Notes under the pieces: generated by a model
Databases searched by the model: none
What the model was told of the DNA's origin: nothing
Seen by the model: the letters and a program-made list of their open reading frames with translations, nothing else
Translations under genes and position numbers: made by a program
Shown: piece after piece, positions 17,211 through 24,807 of the stretch
How the letters are laid out: each line of letters opens with the position of its first letter
Position numbering within the stretch: the first letter of the stretch is position 1
From: an uncultured Holophagales bacterium
Lineage (GTDB): Bacteria; Acidobacteriota; Thermoanaerobaculia; Multivoradales; UBA5704
Assembly (NCBI GenBank): GCA_963842525.1
Contig: CAWJGT010000012.1
Coordinates: forward strand, 1 to 64,000
Direction of reading: 5' to 3'
DNA: 64,000 bases

Positions 17211-19051
17211 ATAGGGGTAGGGAGGGCCGGTTGAGTTCCCGGCTCCCCCTCCCTCCGAACCGGACATGCGGATCTCCCGCATCCGGCTCTCCAGTTGGTG
17301 GTTTTACCTGCTAGAGGATTGACGGGCCTGAGCATAGGCTGTGACGTAGGAGAACAACCCATGCTCAGCAAAGAAGGCGTTCGGCCAGCGATGATGGTCC
17401 TGACCCCGGCCACGTCCTCGTCTCCCTTGCCGGTGGCGAAGGATGCTCCTCAGGCGCATCCGCACCCACTGGTCGAGAGGCTTGAACGTGGTGCCGTGAC
17501 TGTGTTTGAAGTACTCAAACCAGCCCCGACGGACTGCGTTGACTCGGCGGATGATCTCTCGCAGGCTGATGCCGTGCGTGCGCTTGGTGTGGGAACGGAT
17601 CGTGTCCTTGTGCTTCTTCAGGCTCTTCTTGCTCGGCCAGCGATAGCCGCGCTCGAAGTGGTACCCAAGGAAGTCGAAGCCACCCGGCTGGGTGGCGTCC
17701 ACGATGCGCGTCTTGTCGGGATGAAGTTGCAGACCGGCGGCTGCCGTCCACTCCTCCACCTCCGCCAACGCTCGCTCGGCCTCTTCTCGGCTACGGCACA
17801 AAATCACGAAGTCATCAGCGTACCGCACCATCTCATAACCTTGTTCGGCCATTTGATGGTCGAGAGGGTCCAGGTAGATATTCGACAGCAGGGGACTGAT
17901 CACCGCTCCTTGTGGAGTTCCCTCCTCAGGAGTCCAGTGCTCCAGACCCACCATCACTTCCTGGTCGAGAAAGGCACGCACCAGGTCCAAGACCCGGCCG
18001 TCCGATACCTTCGCTTCGATTCTCGCCATCAAACCCTGGCGAGGGATCGTGTCGTAATAGCTGCGCAGGTCGGCGTCCACCACATGGGTATAGCCGGCCT
18101 CCAGCAGCTCCGAGACGCGACGCAGCGCAGCCTTGGTACTTCTCCCCGGACGGAATCCGTAGCTCTGGGCTGCAAACTCCCGTTCGAAGATCGGTTCCAA
18201 GACATTGCGCAGCGCTCCTTGCACCACCCGGTCTTGAACCGTCGGAATCCCCAGAGGGCGCTCCTCGGAGCTACCCGGCTTGGGTATCCACACCCGGCGA
18301 ATCGCCTGCGGACGATAACTGCCGTCTTTCAGACTAGCCGCCAGGTTCTCCAGGTTCTTGCCGAGGTGGGCGCTGAACTGCGCGACCGTCACGTGGTCAA
18401 CCCCAGCGCTTCCCTGGTTCCGCCTGACCCGCTGGTAGGAAGAGTCCAGGTTGCGCGAGTCATAGACCTTGTCGATCAGACTGAACCATTGGCCTCCTTG
18501 GACCCCAGCTTCGAGGGCCGTCAACATGCGATCCGTCCAGACATGCGGTTCCACCCAGGGCCACCGGCCCCGGACTTCTCCGGCTTGTTTAGCCCTTACA
18601 GGCACTGACGCGCGGTTGCTTTCCGCTTGTCCAGTCGTCACGCATCCACCTCCCTGTCCCCCTTTGCTCCACGCCCGTTACGGCGCTTCTCAGCTCCTAT
18701 GAGGACTCTGACTCCTCGGCAAGTCTCCTGCCCGACCGAGGTCTCCCCGCTTCACGTCACACGTCCTTTGAGACCATTCTGCATCCAATCACCCTACGCC
18801 CCCCCATCGCCGCTTTCGCACGCTACCCCTCAGCTCGATGGGTCTCCCTTGAGGGTCCAGACTTCGCCAGTGGCTTGCAGGCTCGTCGGGGTCACAAGGC
18901 CGAATCGATTTCGTCTCCTGCGGACTGGTCTCTCACCTCCGGTTGCTCTCCACCTCGCTTTGGGCGACGCAGTTACCTTCGGTTACAGGCCGGAGAGCGT
19001 ATGCCTGAAGAGGACTTTCACCTCTCTGAACGTGTGCGCTCACGGGCGCAC
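17211..19051 (-). mobile_element. Complete group II intron
   Basis: 5' end GTGCG at 19051; domain V GAGCCGGATGCGGGAGATCCGCATGTCCGGTTC; domain VI ending CCCTACCCCTAT at 17211; encodes an RT. Confidence 0.92.
17304..18641 (-). CDS. ltrA: Group II intron reverse transcriptase/maturase (no endonuclease domain)
   Basis: RPLGIPTVQDR, SYGFRP, GTPQGAVISPLL, RYADD, FDFLG. Confidence 0.95.
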   Translation of the reverse strand: MTTGQAESNRASVPVRAKQAGEVRGRWPWVEPHVWTDRMLTALEAGVQGGQWFSLIDKVYDSRNLDSSYQRVRRNQGSAGVDHVTVAQFSAHLGKNLENLAASLKDGSYRPQAIRRVWIPKPGSSEERPLGIPTVQDRVVQGALRNVLEPIFEREFAAQSYGFRPGRSTKAALRRVSELLEAGYTHVVDADLRSYYDTIPRQGLMARIEAKVSDGRVLDLVRAFLDQEVMVGLEHWTPEEGTPQGAVISPLLSNIYLDPLDHQMAEQGYEMVRYADDFVILCRSREEAERALAEVEEWTAAAGLQLHPDKTRIVDATQPGGFDFLGYHFERGYRWPSKKSLKKHKDTIRSHTKRTHGISLREIIRRVNAVRRGWFEYFKHSHGTTFKPLDQWVRMRLRSILRHRQGRRGRGRGQDHHRWPNAFFAEHGLFSYVTAYAQARQSSSR

Positions 19052-19241
19052 AAGCCTGGGGTTTCAACCCCAGGACCGCGACCCCATCCAATCCTCAGCC
19101 CCGAAGGGGCGACGGCATAAGCGAGGCGAGCCCCGCTGCGGGTGGATGGAATGCCTGCGCCCCTTCAGGGCTCCAGGAAATTGGGGGGACTCCAACCTGG
19201 CGCTGAAGCGCCAGGCTTTATGCCCAGGCACCTTCGGGGCC
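19052..19241. repeat. REP/BIME-like cluster (CCTGGGGTTTCAACCCCAGG, GCCCCGAAGGGGC, CCTGGCGCTGAAGCGCCAGG)
   Basis: Several GC-rich hairpins; related copies at 21551-21637 and 44345-44364. Confidence 0.8.
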
Positions 19242-19258
19242 TCTCATTCGGCGTCTGA

Positions 19259-19858
19259 TCACGAGCGGTCAGGACGCCGTCTGAAGAGCCACGCGCTCCA
19301 GTGCTGCAGCGAGCGGCGGCCTGGTTCGGCCTGCCAGCCCGTTTGCACGAGTCGGGTGGAGAGCTGCCGTCGAAACATCGCGTGGGTGACAGCTACGATC
19401 AGGGAGTGGCGCGCGGCGAGCTCTTCCAGCCAGGCCGCTGCGTCGTTGACGCGAGCCGCCTCTGCTGCAGATGGGTACTGCCGACGAAGAGTCAAGAGCA
19501 GGTTTCGCCCACCGACTGAGAGTGCCCACGCCGCGAGCGGGAGACGAAGCCCACCGAGAGTGGGGCTTTCGAGATCGAGCTCGCGTAACAGAGGAGAGAC
19601 GAAGATCTCGTGCCCAGGCGCCAGCAGACGCGCCGACGCGACGGCACGGGCGGCGTCGCTGGAGAGCACGAGGTCGGCACGTCCCACCAACTGCGCGAGA
19701 TGGGCAGGAACGCGCTCGTCTTCGTGGATACCTGCGGCTTCATAGGCCTCACGCCACGCTCGGAAGCCACTGGCCGTGATCCAGCCGGCGTGGACGTGCG
19801 AAGAGCGGGCATGACGAACAAGGGCGACGCGACCCTCTGTCTGAATGGAGCCTTGCAC
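19259..19858 (-). CDS. Histidine phosphatase family protein (probable gene cassette)
   Basis: LVRHARS, SSDAARA, LLRE, VTHA. Confidence 0.75.
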   Translation of the reverse strand: MQGSIQTEGRVALVRHARSSHVHAGWITASGFRAWREAYEAAGIHEDERVPAHLAQLVGRADLVLSSDAARAVASARLLAPGHEIFVSPLLRELDLESPTLGGLRLPLAAWALSVGGRNLLLTLRRQYPSAAEAARVNDAAAWLEELAARHSLIVAVTHAMFRRQLSTRLVQTGWQAEPGRRSLQHWSAWLFRRRPDRS

Positions 19859-19879
19859 ACCACAGAGGGTACTCCAGAC

Positions 19880-19957
19880 GCCTAACGCCCCCTGGGAGGT
19901 GAGCGGCGGGACCGCACGATAGTGCGGTATCGGTCTGCTCCACCGATGGGGTTAGGC
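19880..19957 (-). other. attC-like integron recombination site
   Basis: Minus strand reads GCCTAAC ... GGTGGAGC (extra G) ... GCTCACC ... GTTAGGC, with inner hairpin ACCGCAC/GTGCGGT. Confidence 0.7.
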
Positions 19958-20027
19958 GTCCGGCTTGGCGCCTGCCACACGTTAGGCGCGCCCGTGGCGC
20001 CAGGTCCTTGATTAAATGCCAAACATC

Positions 20028-20410
20028 TCATTTACCCAAAGTCGGGCCGGTGCAGATCCCAGTTACCACTTTACCACTTTGATCGGTCACCACGCCAACA
20101 AGAAATTCATTTCCCTTAAAATTTCCTTGTGCGTCTACTTCTGCCGATGGGCAGGTAAATATATTCGGTTCTCGCTTGACTGGCCGATTTCGGGAGTTAA
20201 TGGCCATGTAATTGATCTTTCGTGGGATCTCTGCCCTGAGAACATTAAGCTCCCTTTTTGTCTCGGCCACCGAGCAGATAGCTCTTGGACTTTTTTCTCC
20301 AGTTGCTCAATACGACCTTTATCGGACCCTGGTTGGCTCAGGAGGGTGAAGCTGCACAACAGAAGAAGAAGAAAGAGCGCACTAACCCACGGTTGCTTCG
20401 GCCGTTGCAT
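20028..20410 (-). CDS. Secreted protein with a short coiled coil, split by a 1-nt frameshift near 20272 (probable cassette)
   Basis: RBS GGAGG; signal peptide FLLLLLCSFTLL; RIEQLEKKVQELSAR continues in another frame as VAETKRELNVLRAE. Confidence 0.6.
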
Positions 20411-20474
20411 GGTCGTCCTCCTGCGGTATTCTGGTCAACCTTACGTGTTAGCCCAATTCCTCGATGACGCCAGA

Positions 20475-20560
20475 CGCCAACAGCTACGAGGAGCGACAGC
20501 CTTCAGGGCTTCTACGCGCCGCATAAGAGTTCCTGGCTCGTCGCTTCCTTGGCCGTAAAG
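20475..20560 (-). other. Degenerate attC-like hairpin
   Basis: Minus strand GGAAGCGACGAGCC...GGCTGTCGCTCC with two unpaired bases, then GTTGGCG; the R'' box is eroded. Confidence 0.35.
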
Positions 20561-20726
20561 TGTCTCCGGGACGGATACGATGCTCTTCCTCTCTCCTAGC
20601 GCGGACTCGCGCTTGCCTGCAACCCAAGCCATCCAAGCCGGCCCAACGGGCCGGGAGACTCCAGCCCAGGGCTTCTATGTGGGCCACCGGTGTCAAGCGT
20701 CTCGGGTGGTGGTTTCGTCGTTTTCC

Positions 20727-21460
20727 CTTAAGCCGAAGTTCTTCCGACGGTGAAGGCTTAAATTATAGCAAATAATGATGTTAAGGCTTATCGCGCTTGC
20801 GCGCTGCTGGCTACACGGGGAGGGTGACTTCCAGCAGAGAGAGGGCTCTCTGCTGGAGCGCTGAAGGCCGTGTCACGGCATCAAAGGCGGGAGAGGCTGG
20901 CGACAGCTTGGGTTGAATCCGATTCTTGACGATCGTGCTGAGGTTCTTGAGCAGGGTCTGGAAGCTCTGGACAGGAAGGCCGTCAGCGGTCAGCCGCGTG
21001 CTGGCCTTGCGCAGGGCCCCCGGCGACCTCTGGGCGGGCTGGACCACCGAGGCCCGCAGCTCCTCGGCCACCTCGGGCTCCTCATCGTCGAACAAAACAG
21101 GCGCCAACTTCTCGCGCATGTGCCATTCCACATAGTAGGCCAGCATGCACAAAAGAATGTGCGCCTGGACGCGCTCCGGCAACCGATGATAGATCGGCCG
21201 GACATGAAGATCGATCGTCTTGCAGCTCCGAAAAGCACGCTCTACCACCGACAAACCCTTGTAGGCTCGTACCGTCTCTTCAGCGGTCAGCTCTGACTTC
21301 GGCATGCTGGTACGAATCACATACAGACCGTCCAAAGAGGCTTCCTGCGTAATGCGTTCTTGGTCACGCCGGTAGGAGAAGGTTGTCTCTGTGAATTCCA
21401 AGACAAAGTGCTTGCCGACCTTATGCCGATTCAGGACTTTTCTTACACGCAGAGCGCTCG
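20727..21460 (-). mobile_element. IS1634-family transposase 3' remnant (ORF fragment 20811-21401)
   Basis: KVGKHF, LDGLYVIRT, YKGLSVVERAFRSCKT.DL.VRPIYH..ERV.AH..LCMLAYYV; 5' part missing; tentative end CTTAAGCCGAAGTTC at 20727. Confidence 0.85.
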
Positions 21461-21550
21461 GACTGATTCATGCGGACTCCCAGAACGCCCAACCTCTGCT
21501 TACATATTCGCCGACACCCCGCCCCCGCGGGGTTATCACCCCGCTGCCGT

Positions 21551-21637
21551 GCCGTCGCCCTTTCAGGGCTTGAGAAGAAAACGGGCCGCTGTCCTGGGGT
21601 TGAAACCCCAGGCTTTATGCCTGCGCCCGTTGGGGCT
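21551..21637. repeat. REP element (GCCCTTTCAGGGC...CCTGGGGTTGAAACCCCAGGCTTTATGCC), an unoccupied copy of the intron target
   Basis: Direct comparison with the rejoined intron exons. Confidence 0.8.
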
Positions 21638-21663
21638 TTTCCCCTCTTTCCGAGACGTCAAAG

Positions 21664-22971
21664 TTAGTAGCGAGATGCCCGATCGAAGGGAGAACTATGG
21701 GAGAGCGGGGTCAGCGAGGCGAGGACCAGCACCCCCGGGATCACGTGCAGCAGCAGCCGCGGCAGGCTGGTGAGGACGTAATAGCGGACGTCCACCGGCG
21801 CCGTGAAATAGATGTATAGGTAGAACAGGAGCTGGAGCGTCACCACGGCCGCGAAGGGGCGGGTGCGGCGGGGTAGGAGGAGGAGCGGCGCGAGGAGGAC
21901 GGTCCAGGCGACGCCGTGCCAGGACGGGCCGGCGAGGATCTCGTAGGCGGTCGAGAACAGGGCTCCGGCCCTGCCGATCTCGAACGGTCCGGCGTTGTCC
22001 TTTTGAAAGAGACCGTATTGGAGGACCCGCGCCAACCAGGGGAGGACCACGGCCGTGGCCGGGAGGGCGAGCCGCGCCAGGGCTCCCATCTCCTGACGCC
22101 TTCCGGCCAGCCTTCGGACGAGTTGGACCAGGATCAGGAAGCCGGCGAGGGGGACCCCTTCGATCTTCGAGGCGGCGGCGAAGGCGGCGGCGATGCCGAT
22201 CTGCCAGTCTCCGGCCGGGTCCGGCGGACGGAGGAGGGGCGGCAGGGCGGCTAGCAGCGCCAGAGCGATCATCCAGTCCGCCGCTCCCGCCATCTGCCAG
22301 CCGATCCCGAAGAGGCCCACGGCCAGAGCGGCCAGTGCCAGGCCGGCCTGGCGGACGAAGTGGTCGTCCGCCGCCCGGAGGGCCTCGCGCGCCGCGGCCA
22401 GCAGCCCGGCGAAGAAGAGCGCCGACCAGAGCATCAGCGCCGGCGGATCGAACCGTCCCGCGAGCAGCGCGGAGGCCGCGTGGAGCTCCGGCAGCAGGTG
22501 CGGATAGTCCGCATGGATCATGTCGTTGCGGGCGAGCCAGGCCTCGTCGATCCCCCGGGCCAGGAAGAACCGGTGCCCCTTGAGACCCCAGTGGAAGACG
22601 AAATCGGGCGTCATGATCCACAGAGTCAGGGCGAGCAGGGTGAAGACGATCAGGGCGCAGAGCGCCACGCCGTCTCCCCAGCCCAGGTCCGACGGCAGCC
22701 GCGTGTCGTCCCTTTCGTTCTTTTTCCTGGAGAGGTGCCCGATCCCGATCAGGACTGCAAGGCCTGCCAGGAGCACCACGGGGTGCCAGGGGATTCCCGC
22801 GAGGTCGAGCAGCGTCAGCAGGACGTGGAAGACGACCGCGCCCGCAAGTCCGTACACAACTCCGCGGTAGAGGGCTCCGTCGCCGGGCCGGGCGAGAAGG
22901 TGGGAGAACCGGCTGCCCAGGAGCACCAGGAGGACCGCCAGAGCGAGGACGGCGAGCGCGGGCTGGATCAA
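21664..22971 (-). CDS. Polytopic membrane protein, probable GT-C/PMT-like glycosyltransferase
   Basis: Many TM helices, PDFVFHWGLKG, HADYP, SKIEG; TTG start overlaps the upstream stop (TTGA). Confidence 0.7.
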   Translation of the reverse strand: MIQPALAVLALAVLLVLLGSRFSHLLARPGDGALYRGVVYGLAGAVVFHVLLTLLDLAGIPWHPVVLLAGLAVLIGIGHLSRKKNERDDTRLPSDLGWGDGVALCALIVFTLLALTLWIMTPDFVFHWGLKGHRFFLARGIDEAWLARNDMIHADYPHLLPELHAASALLAGRFDPPALMLWSALFFAGLLAAAREALRAADDHFVRQAGLALAALAVGLFGIGWQMAGAADWMIALALLAALPPLLRPPDPAGDWQIGIAAAFAAASKIEGVPLAGFLILVQLVRRLAGRRQEMGALARLALPATAVVLPWLARVLQYGLFQKDNAGPFEIGRAGALFSTAYEILAGPSWHGVAWTVLLAPLLLLPRRTRPFAAVVTLQLLFYLYIYFTAPVDVRYYVLTSLPRLLLHVIPGVLVLASLTPLSHSSPFDRASRY

Positions 22972-23399
22972 CGCGGTCGCATCCGGTAGAGGCGGCAGCC
23001 GCGGAGCTGCGCGAGGAGCTCGAGGCGGGGGTCCCGCACGCCGCGCCGGTAGTCGACCAGGTACTCGGCCTCGGGCAGGGAGGCGGGATTTTCGCCGAAG
23101 AGGGCGAAGAGGAGGTCGTGCTCCGGCAGGAAGTACGCGGCCCAGCGCCAGCGGAAGAAGTCGTCCCGTCCCTCTCCCGGCGGCGAGGCGAAGGCGATGC
23201 GGCTCCCGGCCGGGACCCGCTCGCGGACCTCGGCGAGGCACCCCTCCAGGCGGGCGAGCTGGGGCATGCCGGTCCGCCAGGTCAAGGGGCCGTTGCGGGC
23301 CTGCTGCCGGGCGTCGTAGCCGGCCAGGGCCTCCTGGGTCTCCCGCAGGAACCAGAAGCCGCACCAGGCCACGGCCAGCCCCAGGATCAGCTTGCGCAT
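22968..23399 (-). CDS. Membrane-anchored hypothetical protein
   Basis: N-terminal TM, WAAYFLP motif, translationally coupled to the next gene. Confidence 0.65.
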   Translation of the reverse strand: MRKLILGLAVAWCGFWFLRETQEALAGYDARQQARNGPLTWRTGMPQLARLEGCLAEVRERVPAGSRIAFASPPGEGRDDFFRWRWAAYFLPEHDLLFALFGENPASLPEAEYLVDYRRGVRDPRLELLAQLRGCRLYRMRPR

Positions 23400-23463
23400 G
23401 CCCGCGGATCTTACCCTGCTAAACTCCCCGTCCCGCGGAGACCACCCCCGCACCGGAGAGCCC

Positions 23464-24807
23464 ATGACCCTGGCCTTCAGCTCCGAAGAGACGAGCCCGT
23501 TCGTCCGCGCCCTGCTGGCGGACCAGGGCATCCCTCCGGGCGTCCTGCGGCTCGACGTCGACGACCGCGACGAGATGCTGGAGTTCCTGGTGCTGGTCTA
23601 CGAAGGGGATCGCGAGCGCGCCCTCTTCTCCTACTTCCGGACCGGCCAGAGCGTCGCCGACTCCATGCTGCAGGTCGTCCGCTGGCGCTTCGGCCCGATG
23701 GAGAACGTCGGGCGCCTGCTCGACTTCGCCAGCGGCTATGGCCGGGTGACCCGTTTCCTGCTGCGCGAGATCCCCGCGGACCACCTCTGGGTCTCCGACA
23801 TCTACGCCGACGGGGTGCGCTTCCAGGAGGAACGGCTCGGGGTCCACGGCGTGGTCTCGACGATCCTGCCCGAGGACTTCTCTCCCGGCGCGAGCTTCGA
23901 CGCGATCCTGGTCACCTCGCTCTTCACCCATCTGCCCGAAGAGCGGTTCGTAGGCTGGCTGCGCGTCCTGACCGGGCTGCTGCGGCCGGGCGGGCTGCTG
24001 CTCTTCAGCGTCCACGATCAGGCCGTGCTGGAGCCGGTCCATGGCGAGATGCCGGCGGAGGGCATCCTCTTCAAGGCGATCAGCGAGAGCCGGTCGCTCG
24101 ACACCCAGGATTATGGATCGACCTGGGTGACCGAGGCCTTCGTGCGCCGGGCGATCACGCGGGCCGCGGAGGTGGCTGTCTCGGCGCACCGGATCCCGCG
24201 CGGCATCTGCAACTACCAGGACCTCTACGCGGTGGTCCGCGAGGAGGGGGTGGATTTTTCCAGCCTGGCCTTCCAGACCGAGCCCTACCTGCTGACCGAC
24301 CGCTGCGACCTGGCGGCGCCGGACGTGCTGGAGCTGCGCGGTTGGGCGGCGGCCTGGTCGGGCGAGGTGCGGGAGGTGCAGGTCTCGATCGACGGCCGGG
24401 TCGTGGCCGCGGCGCCGGTCGACGGGCCGCGTCCGGACGTGGCGGCGCAGTTTGGCGCGCGGTTCGGGCGCTCGGGCTGGAGCTGCACCTGCCCGCTGCC
24501 GGCCGGGGTGACGCGCAACGGCTCGGTCCTGATCCTGCGCGCCGTGGACGGCCGCGGCATCGGATATCCGCTCTGGGCGAGCACGATCGAGACGCTCCGG
24601 CTCGCCTGCACCCGGGCGGAGGCGACGTACCTCCGCCACGGCCTGGCCCAGAGCGAGGCCCGGCTCGCGGAGGTGGAGGCCCGGTCGGCCGCCGAGATCG
24701 CCGGCCTGCGCGCCCGCATCGCCGCCATGGAAGCGAGCCGCTTCTGGAAGCTGCGCAACACCTGGTTCGGCATCAAGCGGACCCTCGGGTTGACCCAGGA
24801 AACATGA
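23464..24807 (+). CDS. Class I SAM-dependent methyltransferase with an Ig-like domain and C-terminal coiled coil
   Basis: LLDFASGYGR, FDAILVTSLFTHL, LRPGGLL; RGWA..V.IDG; MEASRFWKLR terminus. Confidence 0.85.
   Translation: MTLAFSSEETSPFVRALLADQGIPPGVLRLDVDDRDEMLEFLVLVYEGDRERALFSYFRTGQSVADSMLQVVRWRFGPMENVGRLLDFASGYGRVTRFLLREIPADHLWVSDIYADGVRFQEERLGVHGVVSTILPEDFSPGASFDAILVTSLFTHLPEERFVGWLRVLTGLLRPGGLLLFSVHDQAVLEPVHGEMPAEGILFKAISESRSLDTQDYGSTWVTEAFVRRAITRAAEVAVSAHRIPRGICNYQDLYAVVREEGVDFSSLAFQTEPYLLTDRCDLAAPDVLELRGWAAAWSGEVREVQVSIDGRVVAAAPVDGPRPDVAAQFGARFGRSGWSCTCPLPAGVTRNGSVLILRAVDGRGIGYPLWASTIETLRLACTRAEATYLRHGLAQSEARLAEVEARSAAEIAGLRARIAAMEASRFWKLRNTWFGIKRTLGLTQET

Noticed and set aside
17304-18641. 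RT as a retron, DGR or defence RT
   Set aside because: It is flanked by a canonical GTGCG 5' end and domains V/VI, so it is an intron-encoded protein.
23118-24803. 1415-aa ORF 23118-27365 as one giant protein
   Set aside because: The first ~560 aa are a shadow frame over the methyltransferase; YfhO similarity starts at ATG 24804.
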